A program made the translations under genes and the position numbers. From Amoebophrya sp. A120 (taxonomy: Eukaryota; Protista; Dinoflagellata): 64,000 nt of DNA. Below the pieces are notes generated by a model, which saw only the letters and a list, made by a program, of their open reading frames with translations, was not told where the DNA came from and did no database searches. The stretch lies in the NCBI GenBank assembly GCA_905178155.1, contig CAJINV010000001.1, forward strand, positions 13,553,712-13,617,711, written 5' to 3'. Shown here one piece after another: positions 49,901 to 61,427 of the stretch (its first letter is position 1; each line of letters opens with the position of its first letter).

Positions 49901-50163
49901 TTGTGACCGTGGCAACCTCGTGGGCCATCGGGATTACCATCATCTGCATCCTGATTTGCGGATTCCTCGTCGAGCGCAAAAGCGTCAAACTTTCAAGCAC
50001 CGAGGTCACGACCTCATCGTCGACTGCTGCGACCAGTACTACCGTGTCAACTGGAACGGGGAGCGCGCAAACATCCTCCTTGGAGGAACGGAACTGGTGG
50101 TGGCAGCCGAGCTCGCAGAACCCCCGATTACGAGGACGGGTGCTTATCCCCGTGAGAAAATAA
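46961..50163 (+). CDS. Single-TM SFLE/RLRG-family protein 5 (MGNSN start; GT-AG intron 47085..47432 plus three introners)
   Basis: All five segments join in frame; AHWMF repeats; TM WAIGITIICILICGFL; SSLEE; PRLRG. Confidence 0.8.
47866..48221. mobile_element. Introner (356 bp), family B, TSD AGCGC
   Basis: TIR tatcctgagtaaaaacgtacccacaccagagt / actctggtgtgggtatgtttttactcaggata. AGCGC at 47861..47865 and 48222..48226. Join reads DEGSA-PSKAAT. Confidence 0.93.
48307..48611. mobile_element. Introner (305 bp), TSD ACAGA
   Basis: ~50-bp imperfect TIR tatcaaaaggaaaaatcccc... / ...gggaatttttcctcttgata. Join reads TLGQ-MAAG. Confidence 0.92.
48972..49356. mobile_element. Introner (385 bp), TSD TCCAA/TCTAA
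   Basis: Left tatggatgggtcagg..gggaaat vs reverse complement of right tatggaagtgtcagaagggaaatt. Join reads QSGS-KAMSR. Confidence 0.85.
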
Positions 50164-51515
50164 CAGGTGTTCCACTTTGCAAGCCGGCTTTGATCATATT
50201 TATTGTGCTGCTGCTCCTGGGCTAGAAGATTAGTTCTGGATGGATATTTTCTCTTAGCAGTAGCACAAAATATAATCTTCAAATTCCTTTTGCAGCAGTT
50301 GTGCATATTCAATGTTTTGCAGCACCCTTTATCGATTAACAAAGGTTAATTTTAAGTATGGCAAAAAATTCTGCACGGCGCTGCTTCAGTCTGTCGTGAA
50401 TTTTGGACAACAGGGTCGGCTTTTGAAAGTCGCGCGTTTGACAAGGAGGCAACACCGGTTTTCCCACACGATGAGTGGCAAATCAGCGACAGCACCTGCA
50501 GCAGCGGTGACGACGTCCGATGGGGAGTCAGAACTGGCAGAGGACGACGATCAGGAGTAGGTTTGAGATTTTAAACGTTTCTGTTTTTTTTACCTTCAAC
50601 ACTGTCGACGTAAACGTATTATATGATGAAGTGCCATATCAAAATCAATTAATCTTCACAAAAATTCTTGACAAAAAATTTTACTCATTTATCATCTTAA
50701 GGAGCGCAAGCTCTAGCCGTGTCGCGCATGTATTTCACGATCTCTGAAGTCATTCATTTAATTTTGCTTCAACAACAAGTACACTAGCACTAGACACAGT
50801 AGCAAGATTTGAAATTGTCCAACGCTCGTGCTTCCGGGAGCCTATCAGGCCTGGGAGCTAGTTGTCGTAGCTTTTTCATGGATGTGTAACTTCACGATTA
50901 TTGGGAAAGACTAAGACAGCACGGAGATTGCGCTATCCTCCTGTGTCTGTCTCTGTGGCGATGGCGTACTGATCGACTTCGTAAGTATTCTGCACAGGAA
51001 AGGCTTTTGCAGTGATGTCGGTAGCTCGTCTTCGTCTGATTCTCTGACGTACCGTCGGTCTGCACCCGTTCTACTGAAGATTGATTCGTCGAAAATTTCC
51101 TTCACTATTTCGCAACGGATTTCGGTCGAGAGACAGTACACCTGTCGGTGCTCCCCGTTTCGTGAGTCGATATTCTATTACAGCTGCTTGTGTATCTTCG
51201 TCGGTTTACCAGAAGCTTGAGCTTCCAGGTTCGGTGCGCCCAGTAAAGGCTCGGAAAAGTTTTCGCTTTTGGTTGTACTATAACGGTTGTCAGGTTTTCC
51301 TCGGTATCAATGTGTTGCATCTTCATTTCGTCGAAGTTTTCGATAGCTCGACGCTCGAGGAGTACCACTCAAATTTTGCAATCTACAAGCACGACAGGCT
51401 TTCCCCCGAGCCTATTCTTTACATACTCCCACATTTTCAAGATCTGAGAATTACGTACAAACATTCCTACGTGTATTTCATCAAATAATTGCTGAAGCTA
51501 ATCTACCGAAAATTT

Positions 51516-53162
51516 GATACTGTAAAAATATTGGGTTTTAAGTTTAAGAATTAATTAATTCGTCCCCGGACTGTGTGTGTCGGGGCCGGCGAAAGTTCCA
51601 CGACCTGGTAAGCTTTTTGATATTTGATCATTAGAATTGAAAACTTCGCCATACACGATGCCTGCGCATTTAGTTTTTTTTCACACATGTTTTCCCACGG
51701 ACGAATTAATTTTCGATAGAACAAGGAGTGGCACGATACAGACACACAGGTGACTCAGAGACAGACACCCACACAAGATCCGTCGCGCAATCATTTGTCG
51801 ACATACATGACGAACGGAGTTAATTTTTTCCTCATACACACACTCCGGGAATTAATTAATTAACTTAGAAACTTAGAATCTAAGTAAATTAATTAATTCC
51901 GGGACTGTGTGTGTGAAAAGTCAGTCTAGCCTCTTGGCGTTGTTTGCATACCCCGCTTGTAGCCACTACGCCCGCGCGGGCGCGCAGGCGATTGACGAGC
52001 GCCCGCCTGCGCACAGTACAGCGAAAAGCATGTCTGTGCGTGAAAGCTACAAAGGCCCGCACTTTACTAAGTAATTCCAAAAATGCCGCGCGCCGTCGAC
52101 GTCATTCGCGTCGCATTGGGCCGATGCGGCCACCTCGTTCTATTCCTGCCGTGCACACTCGTCCACGGCAGCCCAGAGACATCCTGCGAGCGCGCGCCAG
52201 CCCGCCTTCTCCGCGCGCGCGCGCGCGACGCAGGCCATCTGCCCGCGCGCGCACACAGGCTCGACCTCCTGTGTGTGCGCGCGGGCTATTCGCCCTGCGT
52301 GCGCGGCCCCAACCTTCTGCGCGTCTGCGCGCGCGCGAGCCCACCGCCTGCGAGCGCGCGCGGTACAGGAAGATTTCTGCGCACCCGGAGAGCATGAGGA
52401 TGGTTGCGCGCGCGCGCGCGCGGTGCACAGGACACGGCGACGGTTGCGAGCGCGCGGGGCATGTGGATGTCTGCATGCGCGCGCGCGCGATTGAGATTGC
52501 GCACTCGCACAGGGCATGAGGCTGTCTGCGCGTCCGCGCGCGCGATTGCGTGCGCGCACAGGACATGAAGATAAAGGCCGCAAGTGGGTGCGCGCGCGCG
52601 CGCGCGAAAGACCTAAAATTCTGCGCCCGTGCTCACACACACAAAAATCTGAGTGCGCCCGCAAAACTCACAGCCGTACGCGTTGGTTTTTGGGCCCGGC
52701 TCGGCCACACGAAAACGCGCCGCGTCATTGTGCCTGGCGCGCTGAAAATGGGCGCCGAAGCTGCCAGTGCTCGCCCTGAAGCTGAACACAGAGGGCCCCT
52801 GAATTAATTAATTAACTTAGAAACTAAGTTTCTAAGAAAATTAATTAATTCCCGGATAACCTGTGTCCAGGGAAATAATGCCGTGGTCCGTGTGTGTATT
52901 GGATAAAGTGAGCGGCCACTGCCCTCATGTGTGGCCCGAAATTGCCCGCGCCGTCCTCCCCTGTGGCCATGAAAATTAAACTCCCCGACCATGTATATCA
53001 AACATTTTCCGTCCCGCCGCCGTCGTCTGTCGCCGAGAATCCACATCTGCGCCGCGCTCTCCGAATCCGCTCCGACACCACATGGAGACGCCGGCCCCGA
53101 CACACACAGTCCGGGGACGAATTAATTAATTCTTAAACTTAAAACCCAATATTTTTACAGCC
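51516..53162. mobile_element. Non-autonomous foldback/MULE-like element with ~71-bp perfect TIRs and a probable 10-bp TSD CCGAAAATTT
   Basis: ctgtaaaaatattgggttttaagtttaagaattaattaattcgtccccggactgtgtgtgtcggggccggcg (from 51520) is inverted at ~53089..53160. CCGAAAATTT at 51506..51515 and 53163..53172. Confidence 0.85.
52185..52610. repeat. (CG)n-rich low-complexity core
   Basis: Multiple alternating CG runs, e.g. ~52212, ~52406, ~52476 and ~52589. Confidence 0.85.
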
Positions 53163-53415
53163 CCGAAAATTTTGTTTTAAGTCCTTCACGACAGAAAATT
53201 TGAAAGGTTTATTGTATGTATCAAGTCGTATCAACTACATTCCAATTCGTATTCGATTCAAGACGAAAACGAACGCAAACAAAGCATCCCGACTTACGAT
53301 ACGAGAGTTTTGCATCTCTGTTGACACTACAACGTCGCACACTAAACTTTTTTGCCATTTGAAGCTTTCTAGGTCTTGCTCCTGATGTTCGGATTCAATA
53401 TTGCCCCCTAGCACG

Positions 53416-56242
53416 ATGGGAAATACCGAATCAAGTGGTGGAACAGCGCCGGCAGGCCGAATTCGTGGCTCCTCACGACGGGGAGATGATCTTCAGCGGA
53501 AGAAGCAGGTGCGTGCCGACGGCGAAGCGGGTGCGTTTTCCGTGCTTATGCAACCCAATCGCGCGGAGGGCTCCAGTACAGACGAGAACAACAGCACCAG
53601 CGCGTCCCGAATCCGGCGAGGCCACGAGGGGGAGAACACGACGTCCCAACGCAAGGACACCCCGGGCAGCTACGCCCATGACGCCCAGATTCCGGTGCCG
53701 TCCGACGGGACCACGGAGGCCGGGACCGGGTCCGCGGAGCGTGCCCGCAGCCTGCAATTGGGATCCGCCACGGCGCAGGATCTGCAGAGGACCTCGTTCG
53801 GGTCCGTAGATCTGCAGAACCGGTCCGCCGACGTGCAAACGCTCGCCCAACGCACGATTCAATTGATGGCCGAGGCCAATCAATCGGGGAAGACCAATGC
53901 TTCCGCGGCGACCACCGGAGGAATGGATCAGATCCTGGTCCAGCCGCCACTTCGAAATACGGCGGCGATCCAGCAATCCAACCCTGCTGTATCGGCGAAG
54001 AAATCGTACACGGGGAATGATTCCGGCACAGCCGGGGGCCGGCAGTCCACCTCCTTAGCCAAACAAGGAAGCGCGGACCAGCCGAAACAAGGAAGTGGGG
54101 ATCGCCGAAGCTTTCTTCCGAGCAGGATCACGGCAACCGGAACTTCTACCCAGCAGGCCGGACCGGCACCTGCGGGTAGTGCCCAACAACAAGCCTCCCA
54201 TCCGCACCAGACCCTTGCGGACTTGGCCCGAGCAGGCGGTGGTTCCGTGCCCGCCCAGAGCCAACCGATGAGCCTCGGCCCGAGCCAAGCGACAGGCTTC
54301 GGCCAGACGAGTCAAGCGACAGGCTTCGGCCAGAGCCAACCGACAGGCCACGGCCCGAGCCAACCGACAGGCTTCGGCCAGAGCCAGCCAGGAGCTTTTG
54401 GTGCCACCATCGCACCGGGGCAACAGTCTTCCGCGCAGAGCCGGACACCATCGCACCTGGACCAGAGCCGGACAGTGCCGTTTCAGGCGGCCTCGGCTCG
54501 CACCGACCAGCCGTCGGAAATCGTCCAGACACAAGGCACCGCCGACCGATCGACGAGGCGCGTGGTTCGCAAAACCCGAGTCACCACACATAGGCGTGGG
54601 AAAAAGTTGCTGCTCAAACAGGTGGACTGGTTAGTCCTCTATTATTCTGAAGTAGTCACTTCGTACAAAGACAAACGAGCGAAATCTGAAGAGCCTACTT
54701 ATCTCGTGGCGTCTTCTTATGAGAAGTTCTTGGTTTACTACGATTTTTATCGTCAACTGACAGCACGACCCGCGCCTTTGACATAGACAGAATTTTTCTG
54801 CAGATAATGCCGGTGCAGGCTGTTGGACCGATGTAATAGTGCGGTTTGTAAAAAAACTTGTATGCGCACAAAAGCAAAACAATTGTACTATTGAACTTGG
54901 GATGTTGCAGCTGAAAACAAAGAACTAGTTTTTGTTGCCCTGTACAGAGCAGCAACTATTGCCCAGGATAAGGAAAGGCAGGTCGATTCTGACAAATCAA
55001 GATTTTGGCGAGGCGCAAACCACGGGCGTTGGCCACACGTACGGGAGTTCGCCGTACGGAGGGGGTCGGCCAGACGAACAGCCGTTGCTGGGGCAGTCGT
55101 TTCTGCCGGGACAATACCAGAACGTGACGGCGGGCGGAGATGGTGAAGCGTACTCCATGGCAGCGGGCGAGGATCCGAACCTGTGCTGCACGTGCGGTTA
55201 TTTGAAGTGCTCTCGCACGATGGTTTATGCAACAGAAAAGGAATGGACGTCGACGCCGCTCAAGTCGTCGTCACAGGCACGGCTCGTTTAACTTGTGTGG
55301 AGTGTCTGTATGTTGACATAATTAAAAGATGGTCCTTGCGTGTCTACTAGGGGCACAAATTAGAAATCCATCTCCACAAACCACACGACCACTTTCTGAG
55401 AAATCACAGAGATCTGGGAATAACAAACCAAAAAACAAGAAGACTTTGCATGTTTGTTCCTCTGACGACGGACAACAACGACGTTCACATGATCCTTATC
55501 TGTTGCATAGTCTCATCGTCACCGTAGTGCTAGGGGTGTTGGTGCTGATTTCGGCCGCAGTGATTTTGGCCGTCTGCCTGAGGAAGAAGAGCACAAAGGT
55601 TGAAATATCAGAAATGAAGAACTCATTCGCAGTGGTGTACCTGACTTCAGCATCATAACTTCTGAGCCTGTGGCTTTCTCCGGTTCCTGTGCATTTTTGG
55701 CAGTCAATTTGCCTTACTCCGAGGTAGGTTCGGGGGAGATGTAAAAATGTATAGAGATTTCGTTTATATTCCCACCTTGTGGCGGCGTTACTGTTCCTGC
55801 TATGGTACAACTACGAAATGGGTTCTTTTCTGCAGCATAAACTACTTCGCACTACTACAACCAGTACACGATCGACAACGGTCAAGACGCTGCTGCCGCC
55901 GCTGCTGCCCCTGCGCAGTCGCCCCAGATCACGATTAGCGTTCTGCAACCCGAGGTATTCCCCTGGGAACAAACACCGGTTGGAAGTGGGGAACTACCCA
56001 GGAGCGGGCAAGCGGGTGCGTCCGCGGCGGCCGGGCCTCCCGCGGCTCAATTGCCCGCGGCGGCGGGATCTTTTCTGGAACATGACGACCACAGCTCCAT
56101 TTCCTCGGAAGATGCGTTGCACGTGGCGCACACGGCTGGCAAGCAGGTAAGAAACTGGTCGCAGTCCTCCATGCTCAACCCGAACGGCGAAGCGGGAGGC
56201 AAAAAACCGCGCCGCACCAAAAACTTGCGCGGGAGGTCGTGA
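53416..56242 (+). CDS. Single-TM SFLE/RLRG-family protein 6 (MGNTES start; two introners and GT-AG intron ~55599..55864)
   Basis: Segments join in frame; SQ(A/P)TGFG repeats, DEQPLL, LCCTCG, TM LIVTVVLGVLVLISAAVILAVC, GSFLE, NLRG. Confidence 0.75.
54591..54970. mobile_element. Degenerate introner (380 bp)
   Basis: Left taggcgtgggaaaaagttgctgctcaaacagg vs reverse complement of right tatcctgggcaatagttgctgctctgtacagg. Removing element+5 nt is in frame. Confidence 0.65.
55226..55509. mobile_element. Introner (284 bp), TSD decayed
   Basis: tatgcaacagaaaagga / tccttatctgttgcata (16/17 match). Removing element+5 nt joins CSRTM to LIVTVVLG in frame. Confidence 0.8.
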
Positions 56243-57314
56243 AGGAAAAAACAAACAAAATTGAGGTGATACAAAATCGAGATGTTTTTATTATGGATTT
56301 ATTATTGAACAATTGATTTTCACAAGCTTTTCACATCGATTCTCATTTTCATTGTTTTATTTTTACATTATTCCATACTACCATGTCCATGTCATCCGAA
56401 CAGATTGTTTTATCGCTCATCTGAAGATAATGAGGAGCGGATGCATTACTTTCATTTTTTCTCTTCTATTCCACCATAGAATAATACGATACGGTTATCT
56501 TTTTCTGTCGAACTCACTCCTACATCTCGATTATCACGAATCATGCCGTCTGTATCAGTAAGAAAAGCAAAACGAAGTATTTTGCTTTTGAGTTTCATTT
56601 GAGGCGTGCTTGATGAAACAAACATTTTCAGTATGATTCACAGTCGGGATTTCGGGAGCGTAAAATGTACTTACAGGTGGATACCGTTGCAGCTTTTCAA
56701 CACTTAGCTTCAAGTGCTTTTTTTCTACTGTTCCACCGAGATAGCGCCTATAGAGTACGCACTGAAATCGGTTATATCCATGGCAAAGGTTTCGGTTCGT
56801 GCTTGGAGAAAACCGTTTTGGACCTTCTGCTCTCTCTGTTCGGTCAATTGCAATTCTGATCGGAATGCCTTGTCGTGTACGTTTCAAAAACGTGTCTTTC
56901 GTCTTTTGCTGCCCTTCAGCATGAACTCGGTTTTCGTGCAAGCGTTCTGTGGATATGAGTATTTGATTTCTGGCTGAAGCGTCGTCAACGTACAACGTGA
57001 TAATTTCGTCCTCTGATGTTGTCAGGATTCTAGTTCTGAAGAGGATCTAATCTTCTTCCCGTGTGTCGCTTCCATTTTCCCATTCTTTCAGCTTCACTTG
57101 ACAGGATGTGCTTCACACACAAAAATAGAAGAATTGCGTCCCCCTAATGTCATAGTAAGTAGTCGTGTGAACAACTGGATCTTGGGCCCTTTTTCTCCCG
57201 CTCTTCTAGTCCAGATGAATCAAGTAGTGCAAGATTTTCTCCATCTAAAAACTACTCCGTCATTTCTTTGACAACAATTTTTGAAGCAAAGTTTCTTCTT
57301 TGATCCCCCAAGAA

Positions 57315-58931
57315 ATGGGTGGCAGACAGTCCGTTCCGAAGAAGGATATGGAAGAGGGGAAAACCACGTCGTCTTCTGAGGAGGATGGCCAGCTGGCGAA
57401 GGAGCAGGCGGCGCGCGCGCGTGCGGAGGGCGAGACGGCGCGTTTCGGCGCAGGGCATAATAAGGAATATCCGGATTCCGCCGCGCTTCGGCAGCCTCTG
57501 TCCGACACTCTGCAGCCAATAACGTACGCATTTTCACCCAGCCACTCGGAGGGGGAATCGACTCCGGGCGGAGCAGCATCCCCGAAACACAGCAAGTTGA
57601 TTTACAGTGGCGTATTTGATGGAATGAGCGGGCTCAGCGGACCGGTTTCGTTCGACGCCAGTGTCGCCCCCAGGATGAGTGTCGCGCGGGACACGTACAC
57701 CGTAGTCAAAGACCCAAATCGGCGTCGTCGAAGTAGCAGCGGCCGGCGGCGGAAGAGTGCAACCTCTACTCCGGCTAGTACATCCAGACCCGCGAGCAGA
57801 CCCAGTATCCTGGGCCGCGCCGCCGAGTCACCAGCGGGTCCTTCCGCCGGACGGCCGAGCAAAGGGTCGTCCCCGCCACGGAAGACCGCAACTGCCGGCT
57901 CCGTTGCCACGTCGCCACCACCCCCCTCGCCGTCCCCACCGACCGGAAGGGCCACCTCCGGCTCACCGGCGCGGCGAACCGGAGTTATGGCGGGTAGTGC
58001 GCCACAACTGCAACAGCCGGAAAGAAAGTCGTCGCTGAGACGGACCCTCGACGAGGTCGCGAGGGAGAAAGAGGCAGCTCTGGCCCCATCGACGTGGCTC
58101 AGACGGACACAGGACGAACTTGCGAGGGATAAGGAAAGTCGGGCCGCGGGCCCGTCGCAAGCACAGAAACCATCGACCTATCTGAGTCCGCGAACAACGG
58201 GCGGCGATTCCAGCAGTTCCAGACAGCGCGGGCGCTCCCTCGTGAAATCCTCGGCCTCAGATTCCTCGAGGAGTAGAGCGGGCGAGATGCAGGTGTCCGG
58301 CGCGACGAGAACAAAAGATACGGCCGCTTTGAATCCAAATGTGAGTACGACAAGCTCAGCCCCGGCGACCAAGGCCACAACCCACATGAGCCCCCGGTCG
58401 CCACGGTCCGCCTACGAGCCCGGCACAGTCTGGACCGGCGTCCTGCAGTCCGACAGAAGTGGCTCTACTCCTTTGCGGTCGAATAACAAGACGCTGGAGA
58501 AGATCGCCGCCGCGGGAGGCGGCGCTAGTTCGCGGCGAAGCGCGTCGGCGGGGAGACGACCACAAGGGCAGCTCAGTTACCATCGACGGCAGGACGAGTT
58601 CGACCCGTCCACGTCCAACTCGGAGCTGGAACCGGCACAGAAGTCTTCCCGAACTACCAGCCTTCTGCACTCGAGAGGCTGCGCGCTCTGCCTTGCAGTG
58701 TCCATCGGCGTTCTGGGCGTCGCGATTGTCATAACCTTGATTGTGTACTGTTGCATTTTGGAAGATACCGTGGATGAAGCCAAGGAGGCGATGCGCGCGG
58801 GGCAGGAGAACCAGGTCGCTACGGGCAGAAAATTCATGGCGGCGCGGACGGGAAACAGAGGGGACCAGGGGAACATACCGGTTTCCGCACTGCAACTAGA
58901 TCCGGCAGGTGACGTGAAGCAACACCCATGA
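57315..58931 (+). CDS. Single-TM family protein 7 (MGGRQS start; divergent tail)
   Basis: S/R/P-rich disordered region and TM CALCLAVSIGVLGVAIVITLIVYCC. The tail has only weak motif matches (SALQL) and no RLRG. Confidence 0.7.
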   Translation: MGGRQSVPKKDMEEGKTTSSSEEDGQLAKEQAARARAEGETARFGAGHNKEYPDSAALRQPLSDTLQPITYAFSPSHSEGESTPGGAASPKHSKLIYSGVFDGMSGLSGPVSFDASVAPRMSVARDTYTVVKDPNRRRRSSSGRRRKSATSTPASTSRPASRPSILGRAAESPAGPSAGRPSKGSSPPRKTATAGSVATSPPPPSPSPPTGRATSGSPARRTGVMAGSAPQLQQPERKSSLRRTLDEVAREKEAALAPSTWLRRTQDELARDKESRAAGPSQAQKPSTYLSPRTTGGDSSSSRQRGRSLVKSSASDSSRSRAGEMQVSGATRTKDTAALNPNVSTTSSAPATKATTHMSPRSPRSAYEPGTVWTGVLQSDRSGSTPLRSNNKTLEKIAAAGGGASSRRSASAGRRPQGQLSYHRRQDEFDPSTSNSELEPAQKSSRTTSLLHSRGCALCLAVSIGVLGVAIVITLIVYCCILEDTVDEAKEAMRAGQENQVATGRKFMAARTGNRGDQGNIPVSALQLDPAGDVKQHP

Positions 58932-60051
58932 CGAGAAAAACCTGATGTTAATATCCGTCGAAGCTGCGACTTTGTGAAGAGTCACAGCTGTAGTAAGTTG
59001 CTACCGAGTTGTAATATACGTGAATTGCCTGCTGCTCCTTAGCGATTGAAACTTCTTTTAAATCACACTGGATCGGAGAATGGTATAGACCGCATGTGTG
59101 GAGCTCATTTTTGCTGGCTCTACCTACATAGTGTATCTTCAGCGAGAAAAACAACGAGTAGACGCTTTTCAAGGTATATTTCTGCGTTGATAATCGTAAG
59201 AACACCAAGAACGAGTGCTGTATCCATTTCTCCAATTCAGTCGAAGTTCGTATAGCAATTTAGGCTGTTTTAGCAAAAAGACTACAATACTTTATGTTCA
59301 ATCACCTCTCAATTTCCACCCCATTCTTGAAGATACCAAACATGTGTCTACTTTGTCGTAACTCAAACTGTATCGTATTCACCATGTCTTTGTCATCCAA
59401 AAAAGGCTTTTTTGCACCCTAGCGGGTACCTGGGTGTCTCGCACACCGCATATTTTGTTCACCATTCGGTTCTCCTTAGACAAGATTCGAATCCGATCAG
59501 ACTGAAGAAGCAAAGTCTCTTTTATCTGTGCTTCAAGTCGGAACAAGCCTGTGCCTCGCAAACGACAAACACGCACGCACATGTTCAGAGTTTACGAAGC
59601 AGCTACTAGGTCTAGGTCACAATTTGCTCCTGGAGTAAGGGTACGTATCTAAGTATTTATTTCACCCGCTGCTGCGGACAAACGGCAGCACTCCCATGTC
59701 CACTACCACTTCGCTTTACCAGCTGACTGGTATAACTCTCAGATCGGAAAAGGCACCTTCACAGAGCAAAAAACTCGGCCTGGCACGTCCAGCGTGAGAC
59801 GCTGATGCTGGAAGGAGGAAGCGGAACGAGGAAACGCGTTTCTGGTGCGAGGACAGAATTTGCGAGCAGTTGCCCTGTCGTTGTGTACGGAGCCTCCAGT
59901 TTACCATTGACTCACTCTGGGATCGGGTGGTTTTAAGTACTTCGGAACGCACGTGAGCACGGCAGTGGACTACAACTCCACGAAATTGGAACTCCAAAGA
60001 GTCGCTCTTGCTGTTTCTCGATATTGAAAACGAATCGACGTTGCAGAAACC

Positions 60052-61427
60052 ATGGGAGCAATCGATCGGACGGAGGAGTTCCAGAAAATTCTGGAGGGCA
60101 TGGGTGTCAATGTTGCAATCGGGAAAGGTATAATTAACTCTAGGTGTCATTGTCCAGGTAGGTTTTCAACATCTCGTGGCGGACTAAAGTGAGTGTGCAT
60201 TATTTGCACGTTTTTTGAACGAAAAAATGAAAAATATGCAAAAAGACAAAAACTTTAAAGCAAAAATTACGTACACAACAGCAACCTCGAGCAGCAGCGA
60301 CAACCGCATGCCGAACGCGATCTACATGGCAAGCAGTGAAATTGGTCGGGATATCCAACTGATGCAGAACCAAATAGACGAGCTGCGAAAAGTCGCGAAA
60401 AAGAAAAACATTTTTGACGACAAGAGCTCGAAAAGCGACCAGCTCATCGTGTCAATAAAACAGGTAAAAGTCGAAATGTGATTCGCATGCGTGATGTACA
60501 ATTGGTGAATAATCTGGGCAAGCTGTGTTGATCTTACTCAATATCATCCGCCTAAGTATCTATTCTTCCCCGACTAGAATGAAAAAAAATCAAGATCAAA
60601 AACCTCAAAACTACAGATGTGCGAGCAAGTAGAGCAGAAGATTCAGCGACTGGACAGTCAGACTGCCGGCATCGTGCGCGGAATCGGCAAACAGGCTGGC
60701 GAGGCGGCCAAGAATGCGGTAGAAGCGCTGAAACTCCGACACAAGGACATCACGCTCGACTTCTACCGCGTTTGCGAGGAGCGAAACCGGGCCGCCATGG
60801 CCATGCAGAAGCAGCGGGACCAATACAGTATGCGGCCTCCGGCGAAGCCGATCCGCGGCGCGGATTTGTTCGAGCCCGGAACGAGTGCCACCGAGATGAG
60901 CACCATGGGCGAACGCGACGGTCTGATGCGCGCGGGGCAGACGCAAATAGACCCTGGCTACACCGACAGTCGGGCGGAAGCCATGCAAACCGTGCAGCGT
61001 GCGATCGCGGACGTTGGTACTTACATTAGATTGATAACTCCACTCGGACGAGTGTGTAGTGGCTGTAGTTGAAGGAATTGCTTTCATACAGCATGCTCGC
61101 AGCAGCCCTCCATGGCTGCTAGCCGTTATGTTTGCTTATTTTGCATTTTCTTTGTCACGGACTTGCAACGAATGAAATCTGGTACTCGGCGTTGCTTACT
61201 TAACTACAGGTCAAATGTTTAAGCGCATGCGGGACCTTATCAACGAGCAGGAGTATGCAGTGATGAGAATAGACCAGGACGTCACTGACACCCAGGACAA
61301 CTTGGATCAGGCGGAGCGGTCGCTGCTGCAATACTTAGACAGCATAAGCTCCAATCGCATGCTGATCCTGAAGGTGTTTGGCATCATCATCGCCTTTATC
61401 ATCATCTTCATTGTCTTCCTATCATAG
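60052..61427 (+). CDS. STX5: Syntaxin-5 / Sed5 Qa-SNARE (exons 60052..60127, 60282..~60463, 60617..~61017, 61210..61427)
   Basis: N-terminal DRTEEF (Sly1-binding motif), LRKVAKKKNIFDDK, SNARE motif SRAEAMQTVQRAIADVGQMFKRM...QE, C-terminal TM LILKVFGIIIAFIIIFIVF. Confidence 0.92.

Noticed and set aside
50471-50560. Possible first exon MSGKSATAPAAAVTTSDGESELAEDDDQE with a GTAGGT donor
   Set aside because: No convincing downstream exon found; too short to support.
51944-52807. Several Arg/Ala-rich ORFs on both strands
   Set aside because: Translation artefacts of the (CG)n runs in the foldback element.
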